DNA of 64,000 bases from assembly GCF_009914755.1 (NCBI RefSeq), contig NC_060932.1; one strand, 5' to 3'. Below, in pieces: positions 13,576-28,345 of this stretch (within the stretch, counting starts at the first letter, position 1; every line of letters begins with the position of its first letter). The notes beneath the pieces were generated by a model. That model searched no databases and was not told the DNA's origin. It was given only the letters and a program-made list of their open reading frames with translations. A program made the position numbers and the translations under genes. The stretch comes from the human T2T-CHM13v2.0 reference genome, Homo sapiens.

Positions 13576-16109
13576 GTCTAGACTATTATTAGCATGAACT
13601 ACCTTAAGAAACTAAGTTTCAAAAGCAGTGTGGTTTAAATTTTAGACATATTCATTTACAACCAGTGTTGGCCTCCAGTTTACTGTATAAACATGTAAGC
13701 AATCTTTGGTGCCCAGTACCAGTTTGACTTTCATGAGTGTCTCCTAGGTACATCCTATTGAAGGGATTTGAATGAACTATCTCTTGTTTCTGTCCACTGG
13801 CACTGTTCTTTATTGAGGGCATTTCTGTCTTTAGGCAGGTTGTACAAAATGTGAAGTATTGTACACATGTAGAACACTTTCTCTGTAAGTATCTATGTCA
13901 TATGACTGTCTCACATCCACTTTTCCCAGGCAGGATTTTTTTTTTGTACCCTCCCCTCTTCTTTGTTTCTCTCCTTCCTCTCTTACTGTTTCCTTTTTTG
14001 ACGTCTAAAATGACAAAGATACAACACTGTGTCCTTTAACAAGTTCCTTTTCTTTTGCACGTTCATTTCTTTTCCTTTGTGCTTATTTCTATAAGCTGTT
14101 TTATGAGTTCAGATCCTTAACAACAAAAAAATTTAAAAAAAACACACAGACCAAAATACAGTTCAAATCATTAGCAACAACAACAAAATCTCAGAAATGA
14201 TGATAGCTCTTGGCTTGCTGTTTCATACATTTTGGATATTGATCAGATATAATAATTTCAATATCAATATATGAAGAATTTAACGTAAGCCATTGCACTT
14301 GGTTTTTCCCAGTTTTCACCTAGATAACATGGTAGTTGCTTTTAATCCTTTGAAATTGCCCATTTGTCTGACTCTTGAGTTCTTTGCCCTGCTTTCCACA
14401 AATAAAAAAACTTTCCAATGAGGAAATACCAGAATAAGAATGTGGTGTTTAGAAGGCAAAAATCTGAAATATCATAATAAAGTACAAAGAAAGAGTCTAT
14501 CTTTACTCCTTTTTCCCTAGTCTGAATAGCTTAGAACAAATGTGTCTCAGGGCTTTCATGCTAAATGTTCCCAGTTCATAAAATCGTGATTATTAATCAG
14601 GTTATCATTAAATATTAACTTACTTTTGAGATAAATGTCATTTTAAATTTGGAATCCTACTTTTTTTTCTAAATCTAAGGAGAGCATTTTCATTAGGCTT
14701 TATGGAAAGAGTGCACATAGAAAGCTTAGAAGCTATTAAGAAGCTACTTCTTAAACTTGGCTTCTGGTTTCATTCCAGCCCAGCCAAATAATTTCCAGCA
14801 TAATAAACACAATTTGTAAACATCTATATGAAGCTAAAGTAGAATATTATGGTAATCATTTTTGTCATTTTTTTAAATCTGGGGAGCTATTTTATTGCAG
14901 GCATTTTATAACATTTGGAATACAGTGCTTCATGGGTAGTAGATGCTCAATAAATATTTGTTGAATGAATTAGCAAATTAATAAAACCTCAAAGAGTTTT
15001 TAAAATTACAAATGGGGGCTAAGACTATTGTGTCCATAAATGCATACTATATTCCACAAAGCCCCATGAATTAAAATATCCGTGTCATTTGCTGGTACTT
15101 TATATTAGTTTCTCTTCTTTTACAGCAATACATTTAAATCAGGGAGACAGTTTCAACTAGGTGCTAGTTAAATACATATTCAAGTCCATAATGTTATCTG
15201 GGCCTACAAAACGCATGCTAGAACACAAAACCAAAAGTTCCTGTAATATTCTTTGCGGTGATCCTGTGGGTTTCTTGAGAGCAAAGGGCTACTTTACCCA
15301 ATTTTGCATCATCTCCCATGCTCGATATATAGTGACAGTCAAGTAACATTGTTTTGGAAAGAGGAGACAGAATGAGAGGAATAATGGATCTAAATCCGTA
15401 TTTCTTATTTATATTTTATGGTCTTTTTCCATTCTGACCATTATTGGAATAGTAGAAATTATAGACTTATGTTGTAGCCAGGAATCATTAATAATAAGGT
15501 TCAACTCACCAGTATTTATAGGTTTCACTGGGTATGAGATAGTCAGATTACTCTTGCTTCACATTTTTTCTCTTCCATTGTTTAAATTGTATATTTATTT
15601 TTGGTGCTCTGCGGTAGCAAAGTCTAATACAAAGAACTAGGTTCAGAAGCAGGAGCTTTAGCTACTGGCCCTGATGCTGAAAAGGCCCTGGGAAGATTGT
15701 TTAAATCTACCAGTGTTTTTCACCTAGTTAGAGTGGACCCCTTCTAACTATAAATTTTGTATTTTCAACATTTAAAAAATATTCTTGGCATCTATTTTGA
15801 CCATAAATCTTGAATACTAAGACTATTAGCATTACTTCTGAAAGTCACATACTAAAACTTATGTTTAGTTTTAAAAATTCAGAGCTGCCAAAACAGTTGC
15901 CAATTCTACCATCTCTATCCATAAGAGAATTGTAACGTGATAGTAGATGTTATACATGTCATTCAGGCCAAGGGGTAGACAAAATATTACAGGAATTATT
16001 TATGTTCACTCTTACCTTCAATATCATGCTACTAGGATTGCTCAATATTGATCCCATATTTCTGCTTATTTATTATAGGCATCCAGAATCCTTCAATTCA
16101 AGGAAAATT

Positions 16110-16380
16110 CCCAGTGTCTTATAAGGTCAAGAACATGGTCTTTGGATTAAGATAATGCTGGGTTGGAATCTTGGAGGCAGCACCTCCTAGTTGTGTTGTG
16201 AGCAAGAAACTTACCTTTCTGAGCCTCAGTTTCTTAACCTATAAATAAAAGATAATAATACCCATCCCAAGGAGGGATGAGAAATAATGAGAATTCTCAC
16301 CATGCGAATTAACTGCAATAAGCACAGTGGCTACATATAATAATCACTTAATATTTGGTAGGTGATGAAAATGATAATCA
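16110..16380 (+). mobile_element. MIR SINE
   Basis: Core gcaagaaacttacctttctgagcctcagtttcttaacctataaataaaagataataata. Confidence 0.75.
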
Positions 16381-16800
16381 TTAACAAAATTCACAAAGCA
16401 AATGAGATCATAACTTTGGCTCTCTTTCAGATACAACTCTAAGAATATCCCTACTTTCTAGGAAATGTAAATTTTACTTATGGGCATTTTGATCTTAAGC
16501 TGAAATAAAATCCAAATTGTAAAACCGAATCCATCACAATAGCTTATTTTACACCGACATGTTCTTTTATTATAATCCTGACTACATGCAGCTTGCAAAG
16601 CTGAAAAACAGTGCTTTAAATATCACCATCTCTGAATCCAGAAAAACTAGTTCTTTCCTTGAAGAAAAAAAAAATGAAAAAAACCCATAACAATATTAAA
16701 GAAGAATTTTTTTTTTGGCATTTCATTTTGGTTTTAATTTGAATGTTTTTAAAGATTTAAAAAGATTAAAGCCTCTTTGTAGGCTTATTGGCCATTTGGA

Positions 16801-16944
16801 TTTTCTTTTTATTTTATTTTATTTTATTTTATTATACTTTAAGTTTTAGGGTACATGTATGTGCACAATGTGCAGGTTAGTTACATATGTATACATGTGT
16901 CATGCTGGTGTGCTGCACCCATTAACTCGTCATTTAGCATTAGG
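16801..16944 (-). mobile_element. Severely 5'-truncated young L1PA (3'UTR tip and tail only)
   Basis: ttattatactttaagttttagggtacatgt...tgctgcacccattaactcgtcatttagcattagg with a (ttatt)n tail. Confidence 0.9.
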
Positions 16945-17876
16945 TTTTTTAAAGGAAAATAGAATCCATAATTTCACAACCCTTAACCACACTACTCCTT
17001 TCAATGAGAATAATATCCTTCGTTTGTTTTTGAATATTTTCTCTCTTTGTCCATAGTAACATTGTCTGTTATATACTGTTGCAACCATAATTATTATGAT
17101 TTTCCACACTGTTTTTCTCATTATTTATTTCAAGACTGCATCATCTGGTACAAGTCACGTGAACTCAGGGCTTCAGTTGGTCCATCTGTGGGTCCCTAAT
17201 TTTTACATTTTTATTTTAGAAAATGTTGATGGAAATCGATAAGTTCATGTTCCTCACCAAATGCTTTGATATTTTCTTATCAAATTTTGCTGAATTATAT
17301 TTCTAGCAGTAAATTTAACATCCTAAGATTCATAGATGCTAGTAGGTCATCTTGCCCATCTGCCTTACTTTTTTACCATTAATTATTTATTATTGTTGTA
17401 GCTTCCTAGTGTTTTACACAACAGAGACACATGGTAGGTTGAGAGAGGGGGCAGGGGAGAGGGAAAGAATATTTATAAAGTGCCATACACAGATGGATGG
17501 TTAAAAAATGCTGTTTAATGATCCTCACTAATGATAAGGATGGATGGAAAACATTATTCCCAAGGAATGTGGAGATGGTGGTGTCTATAGTTCAGGGAAA
17601 CTCTTCCCTTTTCTATCTAATAATGAATAGAAATAATATCTAATAATGAATAGAAAAAAATCAAGCATACAATCGATTTTGACAAAGTCCAATTTTTAAA
17701 TTAATTCCATAATACCATTGATTTGTTAGAAACTTGTTTTTCATGCTTGAATCTAGAACACAGTGTTTTGAGTATGAGTAGTCAGGGAAAGAACAAAAAG
17801 GGACCTCCAGTTGATGCTATGCCGAGTGTCCCAAGGTGAATTTTGGAAGCGGTCTGCTTTGAGGCTGATGGTATGG

Positions 17877-18223
17877 TATCTTAGTCCTTTGGGACTATTA
17901 CTACAGGATATCTTAGACGAGGTAACTTATGAACAGCAGAAATTTATTTCTCACAGTTCTGGAGGATAGGAAGTTCAAGATCAAGGTGCTGGCAGATTTA
18001 GTGTCTGGTGAGGGCCTCTTCCTTAAAGATCATGTCTTCTTGCTGTGTCAAGGACACAGGCAGCTGTCTGGGGCCTGTTCTATAGACACTAATCCCATTC
18101 ATGAGGGCCCTGCTCTCATGACCTAATCACTCCCAAAAGGTCCCACCTCTTAATACCATCAACTTGGGAAGCAGGATTTCAACATAGGAATTCTGATGGG
18201 ATGTAAGCATTCAGTCCATAGTA
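17877..18223 (-). mobile_element. MaLR solo LTR (MLT1A/MSTD-like)
   Basis: agaaatttatttctcacagttctggaggataggaagttcaagatcaaggtgctggcagatt...ctaatcccattcatgagggc; near-TSD tatgg/catgg. Confidence 0.85.
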
Positions 18224-18689
18224 CATGGCCACCTGTGTATTGTGATTAGAATACATCAGGAAAGACTCTCACCTTTCCCCTCACATGATTTTCCCATCCC
18301 AATTACTGCCCAGCATGTATTTCCATTATTGTAGGATTATTCCTTTGAGGCTTCACATGGAAATACATTCTATTATTCGGAAAGAGAAGAGACAATTGTT
18401 AACAGGTATAAGCTTATATTTTGAAGAAAAAAATGGACTCACTAACTTTGATGCATTCTTTTCTTTTACTTTATTTTTTAATTGGTGAAAATGCCATCAT
18501 ATTGAAGAGACCCTCACCAGACATGAAATATCTTTCCTAGGACATGAAATATCTTTCCTAGGAGTGAGTGAGTATAAGCTGAGAAATGGAAAATTCACTT
18601 GTACAACATTTTAAACTTAAGAAATTTACCAAAGTCAACTTTTTCCTATTCCTCATCAGTCCAGTGGAAGATGTAGATGAGTAGTAATC

Positions 18690-18940
18690 ACACAGAAATC
18701 TCACAGAACCATAAAATTGCAGTGACAGAAAGCACTTGAGGTCCATCTTGTCAATATCCACAGACTAGGAGCTTCTCTTGTGCATACCTGACAGGTGATC
18801 ACCTGGGTCTTCATGAACACTGCCACACAGTGGGCCTGGTAGTTTTTTGAGGTAGCACTGTCCATTGTTGGGCAACAATAATTACTAGAGAGTTTTATAT
18901 ATGTACAAGTTGTTCTCTACCTAGTTCCAGGAAATCCAGC
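18690..18940 (-). mobile_element. Ancient CR1/L3-like fragment
   Basis: tcacagaaccataaaatt...gaggtccatct...gaggtagcactgtccattgttgggcaac. Confidence 0.4.
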
Positions 18941-19699
18941 TCTTACTTTTAACACAGGCCTTGTTAAAGTTGGTAAATAAAGGTCATCAGAACTTCTAAA
19001 TAAATTGGAGGCTATCCATAATAACTGGTATTATGCTAACCAAAATATCTAACAAAACAAACAAGATACTAGTGCTTTGAAATTTATTACTTATTCATTC
19101 ATTTTTTGGGGGTAGTCCACAACATGTGTTAAGCATTCATATTAGGTGACACACTAGCTAGGTACAAAAGATGCAGATATGGATACAGAGATGTTTGTCA
19201 ATTTTAAATAACTCACGTCAAGTAGATGTTTCCAGGTTTAAGCCCTCATGGCAACTTGTACTTTGCTGTTGTTGCTTTTATTAGAATTGTAGTTAGTTGC
19301 TTGCATGCTTGTAGAATATCTGTCTACCTCCATGAGAATGTAAGCTGCACCATGTCAGAGACTGTGCCTCAAGCAGTGTAGGGGTTCATACATATTTGCT
19401 GCATGATAAGAAAGGATTCTAATTGAATAGTTATAATGAGAAAAGCACTATAATAGATAAAACAAACTTCTAACCCACTGAAGCAGGAAAGATTAATTCT
19501 TTCCGGGAAGGTACTTATCCTTGATCTTGAATAATGAGTAAAAGTTTATTAGGTGGAAAATGCGGAAAAGAATATTTCATACGTGGAAGTCATATTGAAT
19601 TTGGGGAATGGCAGGTAACACGAGGTAGTGGGAATGAGAGGAAACTGAATTTTAAATAAATAAGGAAGGACTTAATTAAACCCGATTATTTACTTTTTT

Positions 19700-20650
19700 A
19701 GTTAACTAATATTTATTGCACGTCACTTGGGGCACAATGATGAATAAGATCAGATGTGATCCCTGCCCTCCAGGAACTTAGAATCTAGTGAAGAAGATGG
19801 ATATTTATCAAATAATCAAAGTAATCATCCCAACAAATATATAATTGATGTTGTGACAAATGCTACTACAGATGAAAGGTACCTGGTTCTATAAGTTCTT
19901 ACAATAAGAGGATTATTGGATCGTCAGGGAGGTCAGGGGACAATAATATGTGATCCTTGAGTTGATATCTGAAGGTGAAGAGGGGAAAGAAAAGAAGTAC
20001 AAATTCCCTGTTCCCTGTGGCAGAGGGAGAATAGCACATTAAAGAAATGAAAGAAGGATCTACAACAGAGAGAGAGAGAGGGCTGGGGGGAGCAGCAAGG
20101 GACATGTAGAAGCACAGAAGTAAGTGAAATATAGACCTTGAAGTCTTTGTATAGTGTTGTGTCTTTTTCTTTCTTTATTTTATTTTGTTTTATTTTATTT
20201 TATTTTATTATTTATTTTTCTGGAGATGGAGTCCCATTCTGTTCCCCAGGATGGAGTGCAGTGATGTGATCTGGGCTCATTGCAACCTCTGCTACCTGGT
20301 TCAAGTGATTCTCCTGCCTCAGCCTCCTGAGTAGCTGGGATTACAGGTGCGCGCTACTACACCCGGCTAATTTTTGTATTTTTAGTAGAGACAGGGTTTC
20401 ACCGTGTTTCCCAGGCTGATCTTGAACTCTTGAGCTCAGGCAATCCACCTGCCTCAGCCTCCCAAAGTGCTGGGATTACAGGTGTGAGCCACCGCACCCG
20501 GCCAGTGTTGTGTCTTAATCCTGAGAGCCAGGAAGCCGTGGGAGCATCTTCTACAAGAGATGGCCCTGACCTGCTGGGGTTTGGGCTGTAGTGTGCAGAA
20601 CTGACTGGAGAGATCCAGGGCAGAAGGAGGTTGTTATCATCAAAACCAGT
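19700..20650 (-). mobile_element. L2a fragment interrupted by an Alu
   Basis: aatatttattgcac...tgaataagatcagatgtgatccctgccctccaggaacttagaatctagtg; continues after the Alu at 20504. Confidence 0.65.
20166..20503 (-). mobile_element. AluS
   Basis: Full dimer; 13-bp TSD agtgttgtgtctt at 20153-20165 and 20504-20516. Confidence 0.95.
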
Positions 20651-22219
20651 GCTAGGGAAGCAGAGATAAGGAAAGAGCAGTTCTAGGAAGTGCACCTCTC
20701 TTTGCAAGAACACAATTAATTTGCCTGACTGCGGCCATTACCCTTTACTGAAACAAACAATATGTAGGAGATAACTCATCTCAACTTCGTGTAGTTTGGA
20801 TTAGTATTTTGACATGGGGATAGATTAAGAAAAGTTTTTTAAAACTCTGACTAGCAGGTGAAAAGCAAATAATAGTGAGGTGGAATTTAATGGAAAGAGA
20901 CTTGTGTATAGACAACTAGAGATCTGGGTTCTAGTTCAAGCTCAGCAACTATCAACTGAGGTCAGACAAGTCATGCGACCTCAGTTTTAAAAGATGTAAA
21001 TAAAGAAATTGGACCAGATCATATCTAAACTCCCTTCTGCCACATTCTGTGATTTTAGTCTCAAAACATGGAGGTATATAAAGCATGACATAATACTTAA
21101 GTCATAGAGACTTCTCAGTATTTGAGCTTTTAATACAGGCACATTACATATAATGTGTTTGATTATGGAGAAATAGGAACAGAATGATAATTTAAAGTGT
21201 ATTTTTACTATGAGACAGAGCCCAACTGAGAAATAGTCCTTGTACATGAATATTACTACTAAACATTTCAGACCAATCATTACATGATCTAAAAGTTAAT
21301 TTTTACTGGAAGAGACCTAACAAATTGTTCAAATCCTATCCAAATTTCATGAACATTTCCATATTTGGTTTCATAGAGGCTAAGTCTATCTTATGCCAAA
21401 CATCCAAATGGAATGTAAAACTTATGTCATTCACCCAAATAGTGGATTGTGTCATTCACGTGGAATCAGGTAGTGACTGAAGTTCGTGATTTATTTTTCA
21501 GGGTATTACTGGGTGGCCTATTGTTTCCCATTCCTTTCAGTAGTACCAGTAGATTCTCTGTTGGTTGCCTTCCTTATTTTTTTCATCACCTTTCATCTTT
21601 ATCGCCTTCATTACACTGTGAGTCTGGGAAGACTTGCAAAAGGAAAGATTTAGAAGGACACACCTTGGACGCCAGTGTAAAGGGCACTTTTACCATCATA
21701 ATAGAAAACCCACTAGCTGAATAGCTGAATGTAGATATAAAAATTTGAGCCCTTTTCTGTGTGCATTTTGAAGCACACTAAAAATTTCCAGCCATCACTA
21801 TACCTTGTAGTCTATAAAAGGTCCAAGATGCTTTATAATTCAATATTATATTTTTCAGAATAAAGAAAGGTTTTTTTTCTGGTCAGCTATGTTTTATAAA
21901 AGGCCATTTTTCTAAAGACAAATCTGGTGTTTTATTCTGTAATTTTAGTGAACATATATGTTTAGGGCCTAGTTCTTTAAATAATTATCCTGATGAAGAA
22001 AAATTATATTACGGGGTCTAAACAAAATAGTTTATTTATAAATTTGGAGACAGCTATGATATTGAAAGATGCTCATATTACATATCCTATTTATTACTTG
22101 TCTTGTCCCCTTCTTATTGCAACACAATGCTTCCTTTGACCACTGAAAGGAAAGCTTTTAGGATTTCATCTGAGTGTATCTAAAAAAAGCATCGGTTATA
22201 TCAAGGATAAAAGTTCTAA

Positions 22220-22494
<275 letters not shown>

Positions 22495-22746
22495 TAAACT
22501 AAGGAGTATATAGTTGTGCTAAATTTGAGGAACAAAATGATATTAGCAGCCTTTGATTGCAGAAAAGAAATGTCACCTTCCACTTTCTAAGGACAAGGAC
22601 AGCATTTCAGTTATTTCTAGAACTTTATGTGTTAAAAAATAATAAGCAGTATGAAATTTATTAAATATTTCTGACCAGGTTCTAAAGTAATGCAGGTTGC
22701 AGGTTTGTTGAATTTCTTAGAATAGCTGAAAATTTCCAGGATCTTA

Positions 22747-22752
<6 letters not shown>

Positions 22753-22831
<79 letters not shown>
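22753..22831. repeat. (TA)n microsatellite, about 79 bp, with CA/TG interruptions
   Basis: Seen directly. Confidence 0.97.
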
Positions 22832-25800
22832 GAATGATAGTTTTTAACTTGCTATAATGTTATTGGTTTTTATTAGTAAATTTTGGAGGTGCTTTCAAAA
22901 ATTGCAGCCAACAATAGAATTAAAAAATATACATTGATTTAATCTTCAGCTAACAGTTACAATGCCTTTCTCTTCAGATATCTACTGCAAATCATCTTGT
23001 GGTTCTTTGAAACATAGTTTCTACAGAAACTTACTACTTAATGCTATACATGAAAATTTAAGAAAATGCCTTAGAGCTATATATGGAGTGATACAGACTT
23101 AAAGGTCTCAGAGATGTTTGTTTGCAGTGCCTGCTCAGCATGTTCTAGCAACACAAAAATGAAATGTTAAACATCACTTACAACTTTAGAAAGGTTTGCT
23201 TTTTATCTTCACAGGATCGCACATGTGACTTACCCTGCCTGGCTCCATGAAGGAAGTGTCAAGTGTATGACATAATGCTAGTATTTTTGAGACTACAGTA
23301 AACCCCACTCCCCCTCCAAACCTGGAGCCTCAAGCTGTAATTAGGATGCCATGATGAGAAAGTTGTGTTTTGTCAGTTTTGGCCCTGAGCGGGTGGCAGC
23401 ATAATGCCACGCTGCTGTAGAAGCAGGGTGCAGCCGTGCAAAACTCAAATGTTTGTTGTTGTTTATTGTTTACAGAGCTGCTTTTTTTTCTCTAGAAGAC
23501 TAATGAAGGGATGGTGAGTACATTTGCACTGGCTGACTGATTGTAGCAAGCTTAACTTTCAATTGATTGAATGAGGTGAAATAAATCAACAAACTGCCAA
23601 GAGAAAATATTCACTAAGATTTTGCCCTTGACATGAAAACATGTGTTCTGAGGTCTCAAACAAAAGTGCCTTCTGTTTATACTGACAATTTATGTTTATA
23701 AATTATTCACAGTTGCATAATATCTACACAATTTAAGCATTGAATTATTGCATTTTATATTATACTTATATACAGAATTGAACTACATGATTAATTTTAT
23801 GGGGTAAAAAATCATTATGATAGACATAAATTCACTTATGAAAGTATATGTGAGAAAATGTAACATCATATACACTTTAATTACGGAAATTAAAAACATA
23901 AATTTTGTGAACACTCTAGGGTCGTAAAACACAATACCCTTACCCACAGGGAACTGGCAGATTCATTGCTAGAAGTAAAATTAATATGGCAGAAAAGGAC
24001 ATAAATTTAAAATGAAAAGTTAAAGGATAGAAAATCAACTAAACACTAAATAAAATAAATGAAACATTCATGATGTTCTGAAGGTAGTTTGTTTCAAGCC
24101 ATGATAAATATTAAAGTAAAGGTTCTTGAAATGAAATATGAAAACCACCTTCCTCAAGAAACTAGACATGGAAAATGTTTCATTGACTGTGAGGCAGCAT
24201 GATAAGTTTATTTCTATCTAAAGTAAGGATGATGATTAGAGGGCATAGGGAGGTAAAAGGGGCAGAATCACAGTGAAAGGAAAAAATTAAGTGTCATAGG
24301 AAATAAAAGAATTTTAGGCATGGACATGCTACCACTTAATGGGTGAAGAAATTAAAGTTCAATTAGCAATTGAGGGCAATGTGGAACTGAGGTGTTCTGA
24401 GCCTCAGACAGAGCCCCTTTTATGATCCCATATGACCTCCAATTCTGTTTAGATGTTTTTATCTCCTGGAAGGTATTTTCAGCCTAGGAGGCCTCTGTAT
24501 TAAGATTGGCTACAGAAAACTTAATGAAGTATGTACAAGTCTGAAAAAATAGTTTGGTTTTGTGCTTGTTTAAGTGGCTGTGAGGATAGAAAGATCTAGG
24601 GATCAGGACAGGAAAGGAGGGAAAGCAAAGGAAGAAAGGTAGCATGTGGCATTAACAGACATGGGGGAAGGTAAGAGAAACCCACAGAAGAAGAGATAGA
24701 AGGGAAAATGGCAAGCAGGCAAGCAGAAAGGCTCAGTGAGTTTCAAAGGCACTGTTGATCAGGGCTGATGCTCTGCAGCTTGCATTTATTATGGGCTTAT
24801 TCTGAAGGCTTGATTAACTTTTGGAACACTATTCACAGCTCTTCAACTGCTCAGGAACTTATGCCTTTGAGCCTGCACTCTTTATCAGGTAACAAGCAGA
24901 ACATTCTGCCCAGGGAGAATAAAAAATCTTTTAACCATGGTAACAATAATAAGAGCAGATCATTTTTAAGTCTTAAGAAAATCAAATCAACAGGGAATTT
25001 TCTCACCCTTATTTTCTCTATCCCTGCTATGAAGAAAGGGCAGTGAATTTCAGTTTGTCTTTTATTGCGGGACTTGTAATCAACACTGGATCTCTTATAA
25101 TAGAAAGTTCTTGATCAGTGAAGAAGATATTTTGAAAGTTAAGTCTTATGACCTCTCTTCTCTTGAGACACACACCCTACAAAAAGGAAAATTCACTATA
25201 CACAATGCACATGAAATTATTTAAGACAAATAGTGACCTTACCAGTGACTATGATATAGCATTTCCTTTTTTAATGACTTTTTCAAAATAGCAAGTCACA
25301 CCATGCCTTTGCCACAAACAAATGAGATATTTGTGTCATTCTGGAGTTAGTTCTCTTCCTGGAAAACCTCTTATCTGATATTATAATCAGTTAAAAAATG
25401 ATTTATCTTCTTCATGTTAGTATAAAACATGGTGTTCAAAAAGAGTACATTTATTTTATTTTTATTTGTATTCAAATTCAAAATGCATCAGCTCACAGTT
25501 TATTTATGTGGACAATTCAATGATTGATTGTTGAGATGACAGTGTACCTACAACTAAGTTATTTAGTGGAGACTCCACATTCAGATTCATCACTGGAATT
25601 GCCCCATCTCTAATATTTTCGGCTGTTTTTGCCTCATCCTGATAGTGTTGCTCAATTTTTAACATATATATATAGTTCATCATCACCTGAATATAAAGTT
25701 AGAACATGAACATCAGTGGCGCCAAAGACAGATGCTATGAGGTGCCTGTTATGTGTGGGTTGAGGGCTCAGTAGAGAAAAGTTTGGACCCACAATCCCAG

Positions 25801-25959
25801 GCCTGCCTTTATAATGCAATGGGAAAGACAGAACATATATGTAAAGAGAAAACTTAAAAGCTAGAATTTATTTAATAGACACTAATATAGCTTTAATCTT
25901 AGTTTTCTTTCAGTGCTTGGAAACCAAACTTTAGGGAGAAATATGAATATTCTTACTCT

Positions 25960-26110
25960 ATTCAGATATACCTCCTTGTAATGAGCATTTCACATAAACA
26001 ATCTCATCTAATCATCATAATACTGTACATGAAATAGATACTATTATCTTTATTTTGTAGATTAGAAAATTCAAGCCCAGAGAATTTAAGTTGCTTAGTC
26101 AATCATTATA
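25960..26110 (-). mobile_element. MIR fragment
   Basis: atctcatctaatcatcataa...tattatctttattttgtagattagaaaattcaagcccagaga. Confidence 0.6.
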
Positions 26111-26672
26111 GAGCTTCTTATTTTTGTAAAGATAAGCATTTTTGTCATGTGTGATGAAAATGTGTGTGTATATATATATATATGCTTAAAATATTCCTGT
26201 AACTCTGTAGTTGAAAAAACTCCTGCTGCAAGTATATTTATTGGCCACATTTAAAGTACTTCTTATATAGTCCATCTACATTTTTCATTACCTTGACTTA
26301 TATTCATTCAAGAGAATCTTTCGCCTCCAGAACAATAAATAAATTTAACTTGCAGGATGGAGAAGCCAGAGGCATGCAGAAATTGGTGTGTATCCTAGAA
26401 GAGAGTTCTAATTATAAGGACCTCTTAAATCTAATAGTTTTTCCCTTTAGTATAAGCTGTTGACTGTGTGAAACATGATGTTTTACATTAAAGGTGGTAT
26501 TTTGGATGAATTGCTTGAAGCTCTATGATTTTCTGCAAAAACATTATAGGGGAAGATAACTAAGAAGATGCTTGCTGCTGCAGATCAGAATAACAGATCA
26601 ATAAGAGGGACTACAAGAGCAGTAATGCTTTAAAGAATTAGCACACAGGAGAAAAGAGCCATGAAGCAGAAT

Positions 26673-26719
26673 ACACACACACACACACACAACACACACA
26701 CACACAACACACACACACA
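26673..26719. repeat. Interrupted (CA)n microsatellite
   Basis: Seen directly. Confidence 0.95.
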
Positions 26720-27446
26720 TTCTGATGTATATTATATACACATAACATATAAACACAGATGCATTTTAAATAATTGATCCCAATAACTCCATTTTTGCAT
26801 TTTCTGGCCACATATATTACTTTGGTCAGCTCTCTTGTGGAAAATAATTAAAGAATGGTTTAACTGTTTAATATTTATTAAACTCCTACACTGTATAAGC
26901 ACTGTGCTTGGTGATAGGAATGTAATAATAGAGAAGATGTTCTTTGTCCTCAAGAGTTCCCAGCATACTATGGGAAAGGTATGTTGCAATGGTATGGTGG
27001 AAGTTTCATGATCCCAGAGTGGGAATATTATGGAGAGCTTTCTCTAGAAGGTGAGGTTTGAGCTGAGTCTTGAAAAGCAAGTACTAGTTAGTCAGAAGGA
27101 AACAAGAAAAATGTTTCTAGAACACAGTATGGAAAGGCCAGGAGCTTAAAAGGGAATGTTGTGTGCAGTCTGGGATTGCTGGAATATAATGATGAGGGAA
27201 AGATGAAAAGTGAAGGTGGAGAGGAGGCTGGACCTACTAGGACTAACTAGGCTTTAAAGTGCTGGTAGGACTTCAAAAATAAAATTCCAATAATGATGAC
27301 ATTTTGCAGAGTTTAAAGCATGTGAGTGGCAAGGTCAAATTTGTATCTTAGCAGAGCATTCTAATAGCTATGTGGAGAATGGTTTTTAGGTGGACAAAAC
27401 CCGAGTTTGGGATCCAATTTAAGGCTGTATTAGAAGTGTAGGCAAG

Positions 27447-27765
27447 GGCTGGGCACGGTGGCTCATGCCTGTAATCCCAGCACTTTGGGAGGCCAAGGCC
27501 AGCGGATTGCTTAAGCTTGGGAATTTCAGACCAGCCTGGGAAATATAGTGAGACCCTGTCTCTAAAAAAAAAAAAAATACAAAAATTAGCCAGGCATGGT
27601 GGTGCAAGCCTGTAGTCCTAGCTTCTTGGAAAGCTGAGGTGAGAGGATCACTTGAGCCCAGGAGGCAGAAGTTGCAGTGAGCTGAGATTGTGCAGTGAGC
27701 TGAGATTGTGCCTGGGCTACAGAGTGAGACTCTATTTCAAAAAAAAAAAAAAGAAAGAAAGGAAA
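27447..27765 (+). mobile_element. AluJ with an internal 18-bp duplication and adjacent deletion
   Basis: TSD agaagt(g/c)taggcaag at 27432-27446 and 27766-27780. Confidence 0.93.
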
Positions 27766-28066
27766 AGAAGTCTAGGCAAGTAAGTGATGCTGAGAGTTCG
27801 AACCAGCATTGTGGTAATGGGAACCTTGGTAACAGTGTTGGAGGCCTTAAGCAATGGTTAGGAGCTATAATTGGTAAGACTTGGTGCTTATTTGGATGTG
27901 GATGGATGGATCAGGATTTCACAGAGTTTTAGTGAGGGTGACCGGGTATGGGGTGGGGAAGGCCGTAAATCTGAGATGGAGAATGATCAGGAACTGGTTG
28001 GGCAGACTGGCACCTTGGTCAGTTTAGCTTAAGATGTCTGTGGTTTATCTAGAAGGAGTTGATCAG

Positions 28067-28345
<279 letters not shown>

